NCBI RefSeq assembly: GCF_003918875.1
Contig: NW_025767025.1
Location: 868,001-932,000, forward strand
DNA length: 64,000 nt
Direction of reading: 5' to 3'
DNA from: Haliotis rubra
Taxonomy: Eukaryota
Below, piece by piece: positions 27,601 to 40,120 of this stretch. Under the pieces are notes generated by a model. That model was not told the origin of the DNA. It saw nothing but the letters and a program-made list of their open reading frames with translations, and did not search any database. The position numbers were made by a program, and so were the translations under genes. Position 1 is the first letter of the stretch. Each line of letters starts with the position of its first letter.

Positions 27601-30600
27601 GACCAAGCCTGTTGCTTGTAGTATGCGCTGTCTGCTTGACGCAGTGCCACTAGCCAGTATACCACTGGCGTTCTTCCTTATACCCACATGTCAACAATAT
27701 CATTCTAGCATGTTCAACTTACAATATCAATAACATTAAAGTCATTAGAACAGGATGCATCATCATTAGAAGTGCATTTCATTTGAAGTGACAATCATAA
27801 GACAGTATGTTTGTAAACAAGACACATGTACAATAAAGTCATCACAAGAGATATACACAGGAACAACCAGCTCAAGAAAGAAAACAGAAATCAAAAAGAC
27901 AGAAATCCATGTTGATTTTCTTCAAATGCCTCAGTTTTCTTTCAAGAGCTAATCCTCGATTAACATTCAACAAATAAATCGCCTTTTCATTAAATCGCAA
28001 ATCAACACAGTTCATATCATAATACATTATAGCAATGTCCAGATACAGCATAGATTAAAGATGACAACAAACATTTCTGTAGTAAAGGGAGAATTAGTGG
28101 GCAATTTGCAAGTGTCCATAGATCGTGATTTATTTCAAACTGATCTTGACTTAGATTACCAATCAATGAGGGAATGAAGCAAGCCTAGAAAATGGCTCCT
28201 TGCAAGCAAGGCAGTTGACAACCACCAAACCTGCAAGCATGTTGTGTGTGAGTGTGTGCATGAACAATTTCTGTGTCAAATCAAGTCCACTGGAACTGAT
28301 TTTTTTTCAACTACTGTACCGCTGAGGTAAGTCTTAGATGTGGTTAAACCTGTTTCTGATCCATCCAACGTTGGGCGTCTGTTACGTTCTGAAACTCCAC
28401 AAATGCAAAGCCACGGGAGGCACCTGTGCAAGTATTTAGAACGTTTGTCAGTTAAATGTGTAGGGAGAAAAGTTGATGACGGCACAAACCACCAGCTAAC
28501 AACCCTTGTCTCACATGCCTTCCCAAACAGTGTCGACTCATACTCACTGAGGATACTCTGAAGATATGCAAATCCATAACTGCACTTCCTGCTGAAATAC
28601 TTACCGAAAGTGGCCATGTGATTTGTTTACAGCATTGTAACCTGACCATAAGCTCGATCACATATTATCTAACAGAGAACTGAAATACTTATCATGCTTA
28701 TGACATCTGATAACATTGATATACACAGTCAATTAAATAATGGAACCGACAAAAGTGCAGAGATGCCAACCATACTTAAGCATTGGGAAAACTGTTGTTT
28801 TTCAGAAAGTCAATGTAGAATTCCAAAGTTTTTTGTTTGTTGTTTAATGCCACACAGCGATATTCCAGTTATATGGCAACGGTCTGTAAATAATCCGAGT
28901 CTGGACCAGTGATCAGCAGCATATGCAGTTGGGATACTATAACATGAGTCTACCAAGACAGCGAGCCTGACCATCTGATCCTGTTAGTCGCCTCTTACAA
29001 AAAACATGGGTTGCTGAAGACCAATTCTAATGTGGAACTTCATGGGTAGAGTTCCACAGTAATATTGGTGAACATGCAATTAGTACCTTGTTAATACCCA
29101 TGTGATTTTGTTCAACGAAAAGACTTGAGTGTGTTTAAATGTGACAACCATTAGGTATCCCTGTATCAACGAATAATGGATATTCTAATGTGAATTGAAA
29201 GCATTGCCCTCAATGGTCAGCAGTCTCACTGAAGAATGTGTCATGTCAATGATGTTACCAGTGCATTTTCTCTTCAAAGATATCTACACATGAAGAAAAC
29301 ATCAGTGAAAAACGAATAATGTAATTTTGGGAAGAAAAAGTGTGATAGAGTAACTTTAGGATCGGTATCCTAACTATAATGTGAAACTGGTAACGGTTGG
29401 CATCCCTGTGACATGTACATGTTACAAGTCTCAGTAAAATGATACATATTACCAATACAACAGCAAGTTTAACATCTGAAAAGAGAGTTCCAGTACCACT
29501 CCAGAACACATTGTAATAGTGAAAAGACAGACTTCTTAACAACCACAAAGTTAACTTCAGAGTCCCCAGTGAGTCATGCGACAATCCCGCACTACCATAC
29601 CCATTCCTTCCCCAGCATAACACCCACACATTTCATGTATAAGAAAAGAAACTAGTCATCTTAGACCATGCTCTCACCTGTGCTTCTACGCATTAGCCTC
29701 ACATCCTTAACAGGGGCACCAAACATCATCAACTCAGCTCGAATCTGGAATAAGAAAACCAGGGTTTGAAATTCCTTGTGTGTAAGCAATAAATGTACTT
29801 CACTATTTATGTCTTCATGTGATTTTACACTTCTTCCATAACAAAAATTGTAAAAATGGGCAAATATAGTTTGAATTGAATAATAAAAGTATTAAATGTA
29901 CTTTCTGACACACAAGTAAACAGGACTAACACAAGGAACACTGTAAACAAATGAACACGCTCAATGAGAGAGTGAATTTAGTTTTACGCCACATTTAGCA
30001 ATATTTCAGCAGCATCACGGTGTGGGACATCAGAAATGGACTTCACACATACACTCAATGAACAAAGTGGGGCAACATATGACTGAAGACAGCAGATACT
30101 TACGTCTTTCTCATCAACCTGTGGTGGTAATCCACGTAGCAGCACTGTGTTAGTGGGAGTGTCTGTCATCCATTTTTCTCCGCCACGGTCCTCTCGCAAG
30201 TCCCTTGCATCACGTTCCCTGTCACGGTAACTCTGGCTATCTCCTTCACTGCCCTGAAAAAAACAACTTAATGCACTTACCAACAGTAACAGAAAAAACA
30301 AAAGCGAAAAAAAAAAAACATTTTAAAAACAAAATTCAACAAAATATTATCAATGTGATAAGATAAAAGGAAGATCATGTTCAAGTAAGCAGCATCATGT
30401 AACTGAAGCAATATTTGGGTACATCTGTTGAGTTGGTATGAAATTATTTCCTATCATCTGAGCATCAGAAACAATATTAATATTTACATCCAAGCTGTAG
30501 CTGTCATCATATCTACTTGATGGGCTTCTGTCTCTTTCACGTCGTTCTCTGCGTTCTCGACTTCTTTCATGGTCACGATCTCTTGGATGCCTTCGTTCAC

Positions 30601-31282
30601 GACGTCCATCTCTATCCCGTCTTGATCTAAAGATAAACAGGTCAATGAATTTCCTTCTTTTTGCATGAAACATTTTTGTTGTGTCTACAGAAGGAATATA
30701 TTTTATTCAGCGGATAAATAGCTAGTCCACTGCTCAAAAGAAGTTAACAACAGATTTAATACTATACTAATATGAAAGAATTGTACTATAATTTCTTTTG
30801 TGTAGTAAATATCACCTACATAACAGAAACTGTATTTCTGCTCGACATCACTCTGAAATGATTTTTTAAAATAAAAAAGTCCAAAATATATTCATATATC
30901 AGCTGACACATACCATCTATGACTATTCATAAATTTACCTCTCTCTTTCTCTTTCACGGTCTCTGCTGGAACCTCTGTTTTCATCATAACCCTCACTGAA
31001 TCTGTTGCTGTCTGTGATATCTCCCCTCATTCCGTCTCTGCTATAGCCTCCACCTCGATCACCTCCCCCTCGACCACCATCATAAACATAATCACTGCCT
31101 CTGCCATTATCTCGACTATAATCAAGCTCCCTTGTTCTGGTGTCTCTACCATAGTCCACTCCTCTCATGTCTACACCACTGTCAAAATCTCCAACCTGAG
31201 ACTGGCTTTCTCCTTGACCATCGTCATAATGTCCATTGTCAAAGCTGTAGTCTGGTTGATAACTGTTATAAGTGTCTGCCAT
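15660..31282 (-). CDS. RBM5: RNA-binding protein 5/10-like splicing regulator (~924 aa, 22 coding exons)
   Basis: Exons on minus: 31282-30939, 30626-30488, 30253-30104, 29744-29678, 28423-28350, 27505-27398, 26715-26655, 26482-26423, 25905-25641, 24210-24195, 24032-23792, 23160-23081, 22315-22234, 21918-21827, 19509-19345, 18960-18802, 18389-18351, 17988-17748, 17358-17305, 16643-16558, 16352-16226, 15785-15660, all GT-AG. Domains in order: RD/RE-rich N-terminus, RRM1 (TVLLRGLP...[10 protein letters not shown]), RanBP2 ZnF ([21 protein letters not shown]), RRM2 (LIFRGLD...SRGYGFCEM), OCRE ([20 protein letters not shown]), C2H2 (CLLCKRQF...HMQFSDLHK), G-patch ([20 protein letters not shown]). 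One extra base in the G6 run at 17953-17958 must be removed. Invertebrate co-orthologue of RBM5/RBM10. Confidence 0.93.
20030..20925 (-). mobile_element. Degraded DIRS-type retrotransposon RT-RNase H fragment in an RBM5 intron
   Basis: [14 protein letters not shown]...[19 protein letters not shown] (RT), LGWIINLKK, and [10 protein letters not shown]...HINVLKL...[15 protein letters not shown] (DIRS-type RNase H). Frameshifted. Confidence 0.8.
21206..21621 (+). mobile_element. HINE-like element
   Basis: AAACAAG start, TGCCA...TGGCA hairpin, two internal repeat units, GGACGTACGTACGGACG, terminal palindrome TCCCCCG...CGGGGGA. Confidence 0.6.
24711..25390 (+). mobile_element. HINE-like element
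   Basis: AAACAAG start, TGTCAC...GTGACA hairpin, internal repeats containing TGACCTTG, (GACG)n, ATATCCCCCGC. Absent from the paralogous intron near 5447. Confidence 0.6.
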
Positions 31283-32581
31283 CTTGTCTGCTGGAAAATA
31301 AATACTATTCATTACACATTCTTGTGAGATCATGGTATTTTTTATGTTTTCGTCATAAGGTTTTTATAAACTAACACCAATTGCCATGTACAAAACACTT
31401 GATATTCAAAGGAGTAATAGTTTAGTGAATGCAGGGTTTTACCTAGAAACATAAACTAAGAGCAGGAACTGACTTCATCATGCACTAGAGTTTCTACATA
31501 TTATGATGATGCCAGATGATCAGAGTCATCATTGGGGGACACTGTAATGTTCCCTTCCATGAAGGGGTGAAACAGAAGACTTGTACACCGCCTATTCAGA
31601 CGAAATTTGTGTGCATAGAAAAGGCTGTGATGACAAAAATCAGAGCCTTCTTGTTCCTAACTGTGCAAACATATATTATAATCCTCATGGACAAAAGACC
31701 TTGCCCACCACTTGCTACTTCTGAACCAAATGACAGTATCAAGGACTTTGTTCTTTGAAGTTAAGTAGCTACCAATATTCTTACCATAAAAACCCTAAAC
31801 TAACAGTAACACTGAGTCAAAATGGAGGAAATATGCCAGTATGAACAGCCCAAGAGCTATGGAAATTGACCATAGCAACTGGAAAAAGGACAGACATTTT
31901 GACTGCTATTGAAGCATACTGCACAACATTTTGAGCTTAATTGCAGGTGTCTTGTGTAATGCATTCTTGCCCATTTGGAGCTCACTCACAGAGATGAAAC
32001 AAAATACAAAGAACACAAAATGCCATTGCAAGCATTGTCCAGTCAAGGACCATTTCTTTCCTTCACGCTGACAGATGTCAATTGAAATTTGTACAATGAT
32101 ACTTGGCACTTCTGTTAACTACCTACATCCAACGCAACAAAACCTGCTTTCGACTACTCATTTGGCTGAATCTGATGGAAAATCATGACTTTCGTTTATA
32201 TCCATGCACTGTAAACAACGGTGGTCTCTCCAATGTAACAACTCAGCTATGGCGCTGCAGAACGCTGTGATTTCGATGTGCATACGGTCTGCCGGTGGGA
32301 TCCGGGGGACTGTTTGATGCATTCAAGATAAATATGGCTTTTCATTTACACGTATATTAAAAAATATACAGTTATTCCATAGATTTAATTTAATGCAAAA
32401 TCTGACAGTGGACGGTCATTCTGACATTCAATTGTATGCAAGATCGTGTTCGAGCGTGCAGTGGAAAATGACATCTTGCAATTTCATCGTCAAAACTTGG
32501 TGTCGATTTTTCAACGAACCAAAGTGAAGAATAAGGATAGGTATATGGTTCTTAGGCGCAGACCACAAATACTATTATTAC

Positions 32582-32640
32582 CTGACAGGTCAGACGTCTT
32601 TGTACGCAAGATGCATCAAACACCAAAATGGCGGCCTACT
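32582..32640 (-). promoter_or_regulatory. Probable non-coding first exon and start region of RBM5/10 with a YY1-type motif
   Basis: CAG|GTAATA donor at 32581-32580 on minus. CCGCCATTTT (plus AAAATGGCGG, 32625-32634) matches the YY1 consensus typical of housekeeping starts. The exact TSS is unknown. Confidence 0.55.
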
Positions 32641-33664
32641 TTAGCATTGTGGGTAATGTAATGTAAATACTACATTGCGGAACAGAAATATAACGGACTA
32701 GAATTTCCCAGTTCATCATATGCCATATATTTTTCACACATTGAAGTACCATCTGTTACCAGTAGGTGTATTAGAAAGATGGAACAACAGATTAGTAACA
32801 GTATAAAACCAGCTTTTGTTGGGGTAAATGTCAAAAGCCAAACTCCCGGATGCACGCGGCGTATGAGTGAGTGAGTGTGTTTAGTTTTACGACGCATTTA
32901 GCAATATTCCAGAAATATCACGGCTTCAATACGCGGCGTATGAAAGCAGCAATCTTCAACAGTTCGCCCCATTTCTAGGCTTTGACAACCTCGGTGCTGT
33001 TGTCATCGTTTTTATTGATTGCCGCAAAATGTGTTTCGTCTTTGTGATAAAGAAAACTAACCCAAGCAACAACCAGTCCCGGGTCCCGGGTAATTGCTCT
33101 AGAACAGCGCCGAGTGCTAGGAAAGGCAACAATAAATACCACCTTTCAACGTCTTTCACGCTCGGGTCAGATGCTCTTTTCACTAGGCTTTGCCTCAAGA
33201 CTATTAACAACCTCACATTTCTACTGCAGAGTAAGTTTGTTAATTCCGAATGCTTTCCCCCGCAACTCCTCAGTCCAGACATATCATCCCAGTGGGGCCT
33301 ACATTTTCCATTCACAAGCGGCGAAAACTGCACTTGGGATGACAGAAACTAGACGTACATGAATACATTATCATCACCGGACTAACATACTCAATATACT
33401 TCTTGTTTTCATCTCAGTAAGTGTGTAAAGAAGATTTCTATTATATTCAGCCACAAAAATGGAAGTCGGACAACTGGTAGTCTTGACTGCGGACTTTGTG
33501 TACCCCTTCCATTTTTGTGGAAGTCGCGGTGGCTTGGTGACGTGTTAGCCTGAACCCGTTCGAATCCCGCATGGGACTCAACCCAGCAAAAGTACTAGAA
33601 TTTGTACTTTACTAAAAAAGTGTAATCCCAAATATAACATATGTTATAATCTTCATAATATGAT

Positions 33665-33830
33665 GGGGCGGTGGGGTAGCCTAGTGGTTGAAGCGTTCGC
33701 TCGTCACGCCGAAGACCCGGGTTCGATTCCCCACATGGGCACCATGTGTGAAGCCCATTTGTGGTGTCCCCCGCCGTGATATTGCTGGAATATTGCTAAA
33801 AACGGCGTAAAAACCATACTCACTCACTCA
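33665..33830 (+). mobile_element. tRNA-derived SINE, representative full copy (many others, e.g. ~23430-23576, 39431-39590, 50641-50808, 51005-51170)
   Basis: Pol III A box TAGCCTAGTGG and B box GGTTCGATTCC; conserved ATATTGCTGGAATATTGCT tail ending in (ACTC)n. Confidence 0.85.
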
Positions 33831-34422
33831 TAATATGATAATGTTCATAATTCTATAGAAGTCCTACCTGGGATTCGAACACCTATTAACAAAGTCTCTT
33901 CAAAACATTGTTGTTACATGGTGTTACTTTTAAGACACAAAACACAACGATCCTTTTAGTAGGTGCCAGGTACAAAATTGGATATTGTGAAATGAAGCTG
34001 AATATTTCGCGCAAACAAATATTTTGCAGTTCGAGCGTGTAAAATTAGAGGGGTATGTAACGTCGAGCAATCCGTTTGTACGGAATATTGTTATGATTCG
34101 TCTTTTATAAACAACCAAGCACATGTCAAAAAGGGGGGTAACTCTGTGACTTGACATTGATAAACATGGCTTGAACTTGAAATTTTGGGTTAGGATTTTG
34201 ACACTTGGTTCCTTAAGTTATGATCTAGTTATGCTTTTGCGTATGACAACAGATGCACGTGGAAGTCCACTGTCTGTCTCAGGCCGCGATCTATGCCCAC
34301 AGAATGTATAGAGAGAAGAGTTATAAATCACTTCTTGAAATGACTCGATCCGAGTAATTTCAATTTTCAATTTATTAACAACAGTGATTAATGATCCTTG
34401 TGCCTTGGTTTTCTCACAGGTG

Positions 34423-37400
34423 ATGAGTAATAACGTTCTAGATGACATGATGGAGTCTTGCAAGGGTCTTCGGCGATTCGTCTTACGATGTCCACACCAC
34501 AATGTAGACAGATGTCACCGTGTGCCGAGACTGTCAATATGGCAAACTCTGTGTTTCCCAACAGTGTATGCAGCTGAGAAGGCAACTGCCACAGACAAGA
34601 TGGAACAGGCTGTGTCAACACAGAGTATACAAACAGTGAACTTTGTTTCTGAAATGGAAATACAAGAATATATGATGAAAGAAACAGGAAAAGACCGACT
34701 CATGAAGATGTTTTCAAAAGAGTGAGATGTGTATTTGCCGTCAGAGTTTTCCGTGTCATGAATATGAAATTGATGATCATGATGACACACCCAGAAATTG
34801 TCCAATGGGATGCGAGGACTGATAGCAGCTGTGTGTTGCATCTTGCATGATTTTTGTTTTCGTATTGTGACACCATGATATTTCAGCAAATCGATAGCAT
34901 GTGTTGCATAATTGCATGGAGTGGTGTTATCACACAAATGACATCCTTACCTTGTCAGTTTACTGTTGGGGATTAACCTCTTTGGTCTTGTGGACAAGTT
35001 GTCTGACTTTTTTATCAGAAGGTCCATGGTTTGAATTCCAGCATGGGACTCTAAATGTTATGGTCGGTACATAGGTGTCCAACTTGGGCAAAATGTGTCT
35101 CAGTACACTACTATGTGTCTGGGGACATGCCTGCTGTTCACTCACCTGTGAAGATCCAGGTTAGAATTGGCTTCAGTCACCCATGATTGTCGTAAGAGGC
35201 CATCAACGGGGTTGGGTGGTCAGGCTAGCTGACTTGGTTGACACATGTCATTGGTTCCCAATTGCATAGATCGATGCTCATGCTGTTGATTTTTTGGATT
35301 GTCTGATCCAGATTCTATTATTTACAGACTGCCGCCATATAGCTGGAATATTGCTGAGTGCATCGTAAAACTAGTCTCACTCACCTTGGGACCGTTCATA
35401 ATTTATGGCTTGGGGGGATGATGACGAGTTTAAGGAGGGGTCACCCATTTTGTTCTGGGGAGATAGGGACGGTCATCAGTTTTGTACACATTTACTAGGG
35501 GTGTCAGCAATTTTGTACATAAAATTATGCTTAAAAAATTATGGGAAAAGGGAGGGGGGGGCATTGATTTTGTACATGGTATGTAGGGGGGTTGTCACTT
35601 ACTTTGTACGTACATTTTATCGGGGGGTCATTCACATTGTACATGCTTCTGCATAAAAAACATCATTACCCCCCCCCTTTGCCATAAATTATGAACGGTC
35701 CCTTACCTTGTCAGTTTGCTGCTGGGGTTAACCTCTTTGGTCTTGTGGACAAGGTGTCTAACTTTTCTATCAGAATGTCCATGGTTTGAATTCCAGCATG
35801 GGACTGAAAACTTTTATGCCTGCGACATTGGCGTCTTGTGATTGCCTACATGGGTACACTGTGTGAAGCCCCTTCTGGTGTCCTCTGCCTCGATATTGCT
35901 AAAAGTGGTGTAAAACCGTACTCACTCACTCTCCCACTAAACGTCTGATTTTCTGTTTCCAGTCATATAGGTGGCTGGAGTCCTGAGGTGCAGTTCATAA
36001 AGCAGGTGACAACACAAACAGCGTTGATCACCTTCCTCATTACATCGTTTGTTGGTGGTCGACATGCCAGGGAGGAGTTTATCAGGAAGCACCAGGCGAC
36101 AGTGTTCTCAACGCGGTTCAGGGCGTTTGTGAGTGAATGTCTTGTACTTGTCCCTTACCATATCATTTAGAACTTGTAGCTTTTCCTGAAATGCATCTTG
36201 CAATTTTCTAAAATCAATGTCTTGTGTGAAATCAACTGCCAGTCAGATAAATCATGTCCATCCTGTAGATATTTATTTGAATCCTGTTTAGTAATATTTG
36301 TGTGGGGTTCTTTCAATCTGGGGGCGGTGGGGTAGCCTAGTGGTTAAAGCGTTGTCTCGTCACGCAGAAGACCCGGGTTCGAATCCCCACATGGGTACAA
36401 TATGTGAAGCCCATTTCTGGTGTGATGTTGATGTTGATGTTGGCGTGATGTTGCTGTTGACTGTCTCACTTGGTATTATTACTGTTATGTGACGGGGGGG
36501 CTACAAATAAGTAACAATATCACAGCAGGGGACACCAGAAACTGGCTTCACACATTGTACCCAGGCGAGGAATGGAACCCAGGTCTTCAGTCAGTAGGCT
36601 ACCCCCCCCCCCCCATTACAATATAGAGTTGATATAAACTTGTAATGGCATTACGTACAATTGGATGTCAATATAAGGATCTGTTTCAGAGATCACTTCA
36701 AGATTCTATCTTCTTGAGGAGTTTGTTGGATGGATCAAAGTGGACTGTGAAAGTCTCCCTATTCACAGTGTCCTTGCTGTAAGTTATACCAGTTGGTCTG
36801 TAATCTGGCAAGTTTTGCTGCTATCAAGTGATACAAGTGCAATGTCATTTAGACAGTGGTCAGATGCAACATATGTTTTATTTGGGATTACACTTTCTCA
36901 GTAAAGTAAAAATGTTGGGTTGACTTCACTCCAGGATACAAACCCACACCCAGTCAGGCAGCTAATCTCCATCACACAAAGTGAGCCATCTAACCTACTC
37001 AGCCAGCGCATCTTCCACAAAAAAATAAAGTGTGAAATCTTGAAGCCACGGTGGCTGAGTGGGTTAGATGGCTGACAATGTCTTCTATGGCTGTTATATC
37101 TGAATTACCAGATTTGTATTCAGTGGAAGAAAATGTGGTGGAAGCAGGGTTGGGGTGTTGAGAGGGGATGGGTGTGACAAAGCTGACGCATATGATGATT
37201 AAAAGTATTGTTTGACATGCTTATAAAGCTGCTGACCTAATGTTGTAATTTGTTTCAGAGGTATATCACAGTCTATTGCTGTATATCGCAACAAGTCATC
37301 CCCATTGGAATATTCAGTAGGTTTAGGTAAGTTTTTGTATATCAGACACTGATACTTTTAGGAACTATCACTTCTCTACACCTGTCAAATGCTGTTTCAC

Positions 37401-38911
37401 CTGTGGGGATTGCGTGTGGAATATGTTCCCCAAGTCTACAAGGTAATAGTTGATTGTGTGCAGTGTGTGAAATAACCACTGGCCCGCTAGCCCGTGGCTA
37501 GTAAAAATCCAGTCAGGCCAGTAAGTCTCCAGAGTCACTGGCCCTGCTGGCTAGTGAATTTCTATGGGGTCATTTTTTTAATATATCACTCTCTCCGACT
37601 TCTTTTAAATCATTCAAGATTATGGCCTGATAATAATGTTCTTCATATTAGCAGCTTACCTTTGTGTAATCTTTTGCTTAATTTCTACATTCAAATTTTG
37701 GGCTAGTGAATTATTTTGAGGGCTAGTAACTTTCAGGCATAGCTAGCCCAATGGGCTAGCAAAATTTGGAAACTATTTCACACACTGATTGTGTGGCAGT
37801 GTCCACCGACCATATGTGACATGAAGGATCATCGCTCACAGTTAACAGTTAATAGACCATCTGGTCCAGTTTTGACAATGTGCATTTTGTTATTTTTCAA
37901 TTCGCATTCCATTAATTTTCAACATCTGATGTTTGCAGATGTTAAAACATCCAGGTAGCAAGGTAATGTTTTGTGTTAGAAATTTGGCTACCAGCAATTA
38001 CTGTCAGAATTTTCTGTAAAAAGAATTACACTTGAACATTTGGACTGAGGAACTACAGTAAGAGCTTTTTAATTATATGAGCCATCTTTCTTGTTTCAGG
38101 AATAACAGCAGCTTTGTTGAAGTGCAACCTGGGACTTAAAGGAATGTTTGCCGGAGGTGTTTTCGGAACAGTGATGGGGTAAGATTCGTTCGAGATAATG
38201 ACAGGTCTCATTAACATCAGTATGGACAAACTACTCTTTACAAACTACTCTTTACAAACTACTCAGCATGTTAGAACTGTTTATTTTGTCTGTTTGCTTT
38301 CAGCCTTGTGGGAGGGACGGCTATTTGGGGTGCCATGTATGCACTGAACGAGACTCAGGAACAGAGACATTATTGGAAGGTGCAGAGAACCCTGGAGATG
38401 GAGAAGTAGGTGACTCTAAGTCTGTAAACATACACACAAAAACAAAACAAAACAAACTGAAACCATTTTCGACCTGGTACCTGTTCGCTCTTCACACCAA
38501 ATTTGATTGGTCAAACTCATGGGTATTTGCATGTTTTCAAAACCTAACATTGCGAATAATAAGAATCTCTTTTGTTGCCACACAGATGTTTAAATATCAC
38601 CATAATGTAGCTTCCGATGATTGCGACATGAATCAGGAAACTAGTAAAGTTTAAGTATCATATGATCTTTCTCTGAATGACAGAACCCGATAAACAGGAC
38701 ATTTATATGATTTGTTTAGAAGACTTCCATATTTCATTCTTGGGTCAACTTTGAAAGAAACAAATATCACATATAACCAATTAGATGCATGTTAAATCAG
38801 CTGTTAAATGTTTTGTAGTTACAGTATAATATGTTCTCTTCCAGAGCATCGAAAGGTCTTCTTGTATCACCAGAAACAGGAGAGCAACTTCAGCCTCAGC
38901 CTCTTTCGTAG
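34423..38911 (+). CDS. TIMMDC1: Complex I assembly factor TIMMDC1 (Tim17/22/23 family), ~289 aa, 7 coding exons
   Basis: Exons 34423-34721, 35963-36128, 36690-36778, 37259-37326, 38100-38178, 38304-38405, 38845-38911, all GT-AG and phase-consistent (870 nt). Motifs ETGKDRLMKMFSKD, SIAVYRNKSSPLEY and NLGLKGMFAGGVFG resemble TIMMDC1. AATAAA at 39108-39113. Confidence 0.85.
35388..35702. mobile_element. PIF/Harbinger-type MITE of the same family
   Basis: TIR GGGACCGTTCATAATTTATGGC at both ends. Confidence 0.7.
37461..37787. mobile_element. hAT-type MITE
   Basis: TIR CAGTGTGTGAAATA with an 8-bp TSD ATTGTGTG. Confidence 0.7.
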
Positions 38912-39900
38912 TTATCTCCCTTTATGAGGACTCGTTCTCTACCACACAGCCTATGTTGACTAGAGCTGAATGAACACTTTTCAAAACATAGTAGATATTA
39001 TTCATCTTCCATCAAAAGTGTCAAGGGTCTTTGTAAAGTGTTTGAAATCATCTGGTAGTCCTAAATTTATGACATTTTAAAAATATTGTATGCATGTATC
39101 CGATGTGAATAAAATCCAACCAAACTAACAGGTTGAACTTGTTTGTCATTTTCATCACGGAATACATCTTTGGAGCAATAGTGTTTTCATGAAACACTTA
39201 CGACATCCACCAAACAATCCACTGTGTGACAATATATTTGATTTCTGTGCAGTCTGTCAGTAATCTTTTATAAGCATCTCCATAAGCACCAAGATCACCA
39301 TATTTGTTTTGTGTACAGAAAACAGCATGGAAGAAAGAATGTATACATGCCAAGTGATACCAGGGATAATCTACAACGTCTTATTGTCTCCCTGGTGATA
39401 CATATCTGTGTTTATCAATACAAAATCAAGAGTGAGTGAGTATAGTTTTACGCTGCTTTTAGCAATATTCCAGCAATATCACAGGGGGGAACACCAGAAA
39501 TGGGTTTCACACATTTTACCCATGTGAGGAATCAACCGGGTCTTCGGTGACGAGCGAACGCCTTAACCACTAGGTTACTCCACTGCCCCACAAAATCAAG
39601 ATGCCAGAGAAAGAGAACTTGGCTTAATGCAGCACTGAACACTATTTTTGTTATGCCAAGAGTGGCAGCTTCATGTTTGAGTGAGTGAGTAAGTTTTTGA
39701 TGCCACTTGTAGCAATATTCCAGCAATATCACTGCAGGGGACACCAGAAATGGGCTTCACACACTGAACCGATGTGGAGAATCGAACCAGGTCTTCAGCT
39801 GACGAGCAAACGCTTTAACCACAAGGCTAGGGGATCCACCTATGATCATGTCCTGGGTATCAAGGGGAACATAAACACCACAAGTTTGCATCCCTCATTC

Positions 39901-40120
39901 CACAGGGGTTCGAATCACTGTTTGGACAATAATTTTTAAAAATAAAAACATAGATTTTTGCAACCGTATATTGTTTTTATATGTTATGAGTAACTTATAT
40001 TTCAAATTTGAACGAAATCGGTGAAGAAATGGATTTTTTAGAAAATTCTCCCTCTACACTCATTACATAAAATACACTTCTTGTAAAATTATTGTCCAAA
40101 CAGTGATTCGAACCCCTGTG
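39901..40120. mobile_element. MITE with 34-bp TIR (duplicated at ~44224-44445)
   Basis: CACAGGGGTTCGAATCACTGTTTGGACAATAATTTT and its reverse complement. Confidence 0.7.

Noticed and set aside
27496-27687. [12 protein letters not shown]..., also at 7878-8114
   Set aside because: Shared only because the intron was duplicated. The parent copy begins with GTG, and there is no recognisable domain.
15786-32581. Intronic snoRNAs in RBM5/10
   Set aside because: No convincing box C/D pair with a terminal stem was found by eye; an Infernal/Rfam scan would be needed.
32956-33362. Overlapping ORFs in the divergent promoter region
   Set aside because: No recognisable motifs or splice continuity with TIMMDC1.
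33665-33740. tRNA gene
   Set aside because: A and B boxes are present, but the sequence continues into a multi-copy SINE body and lacks a proper acceptor stem.
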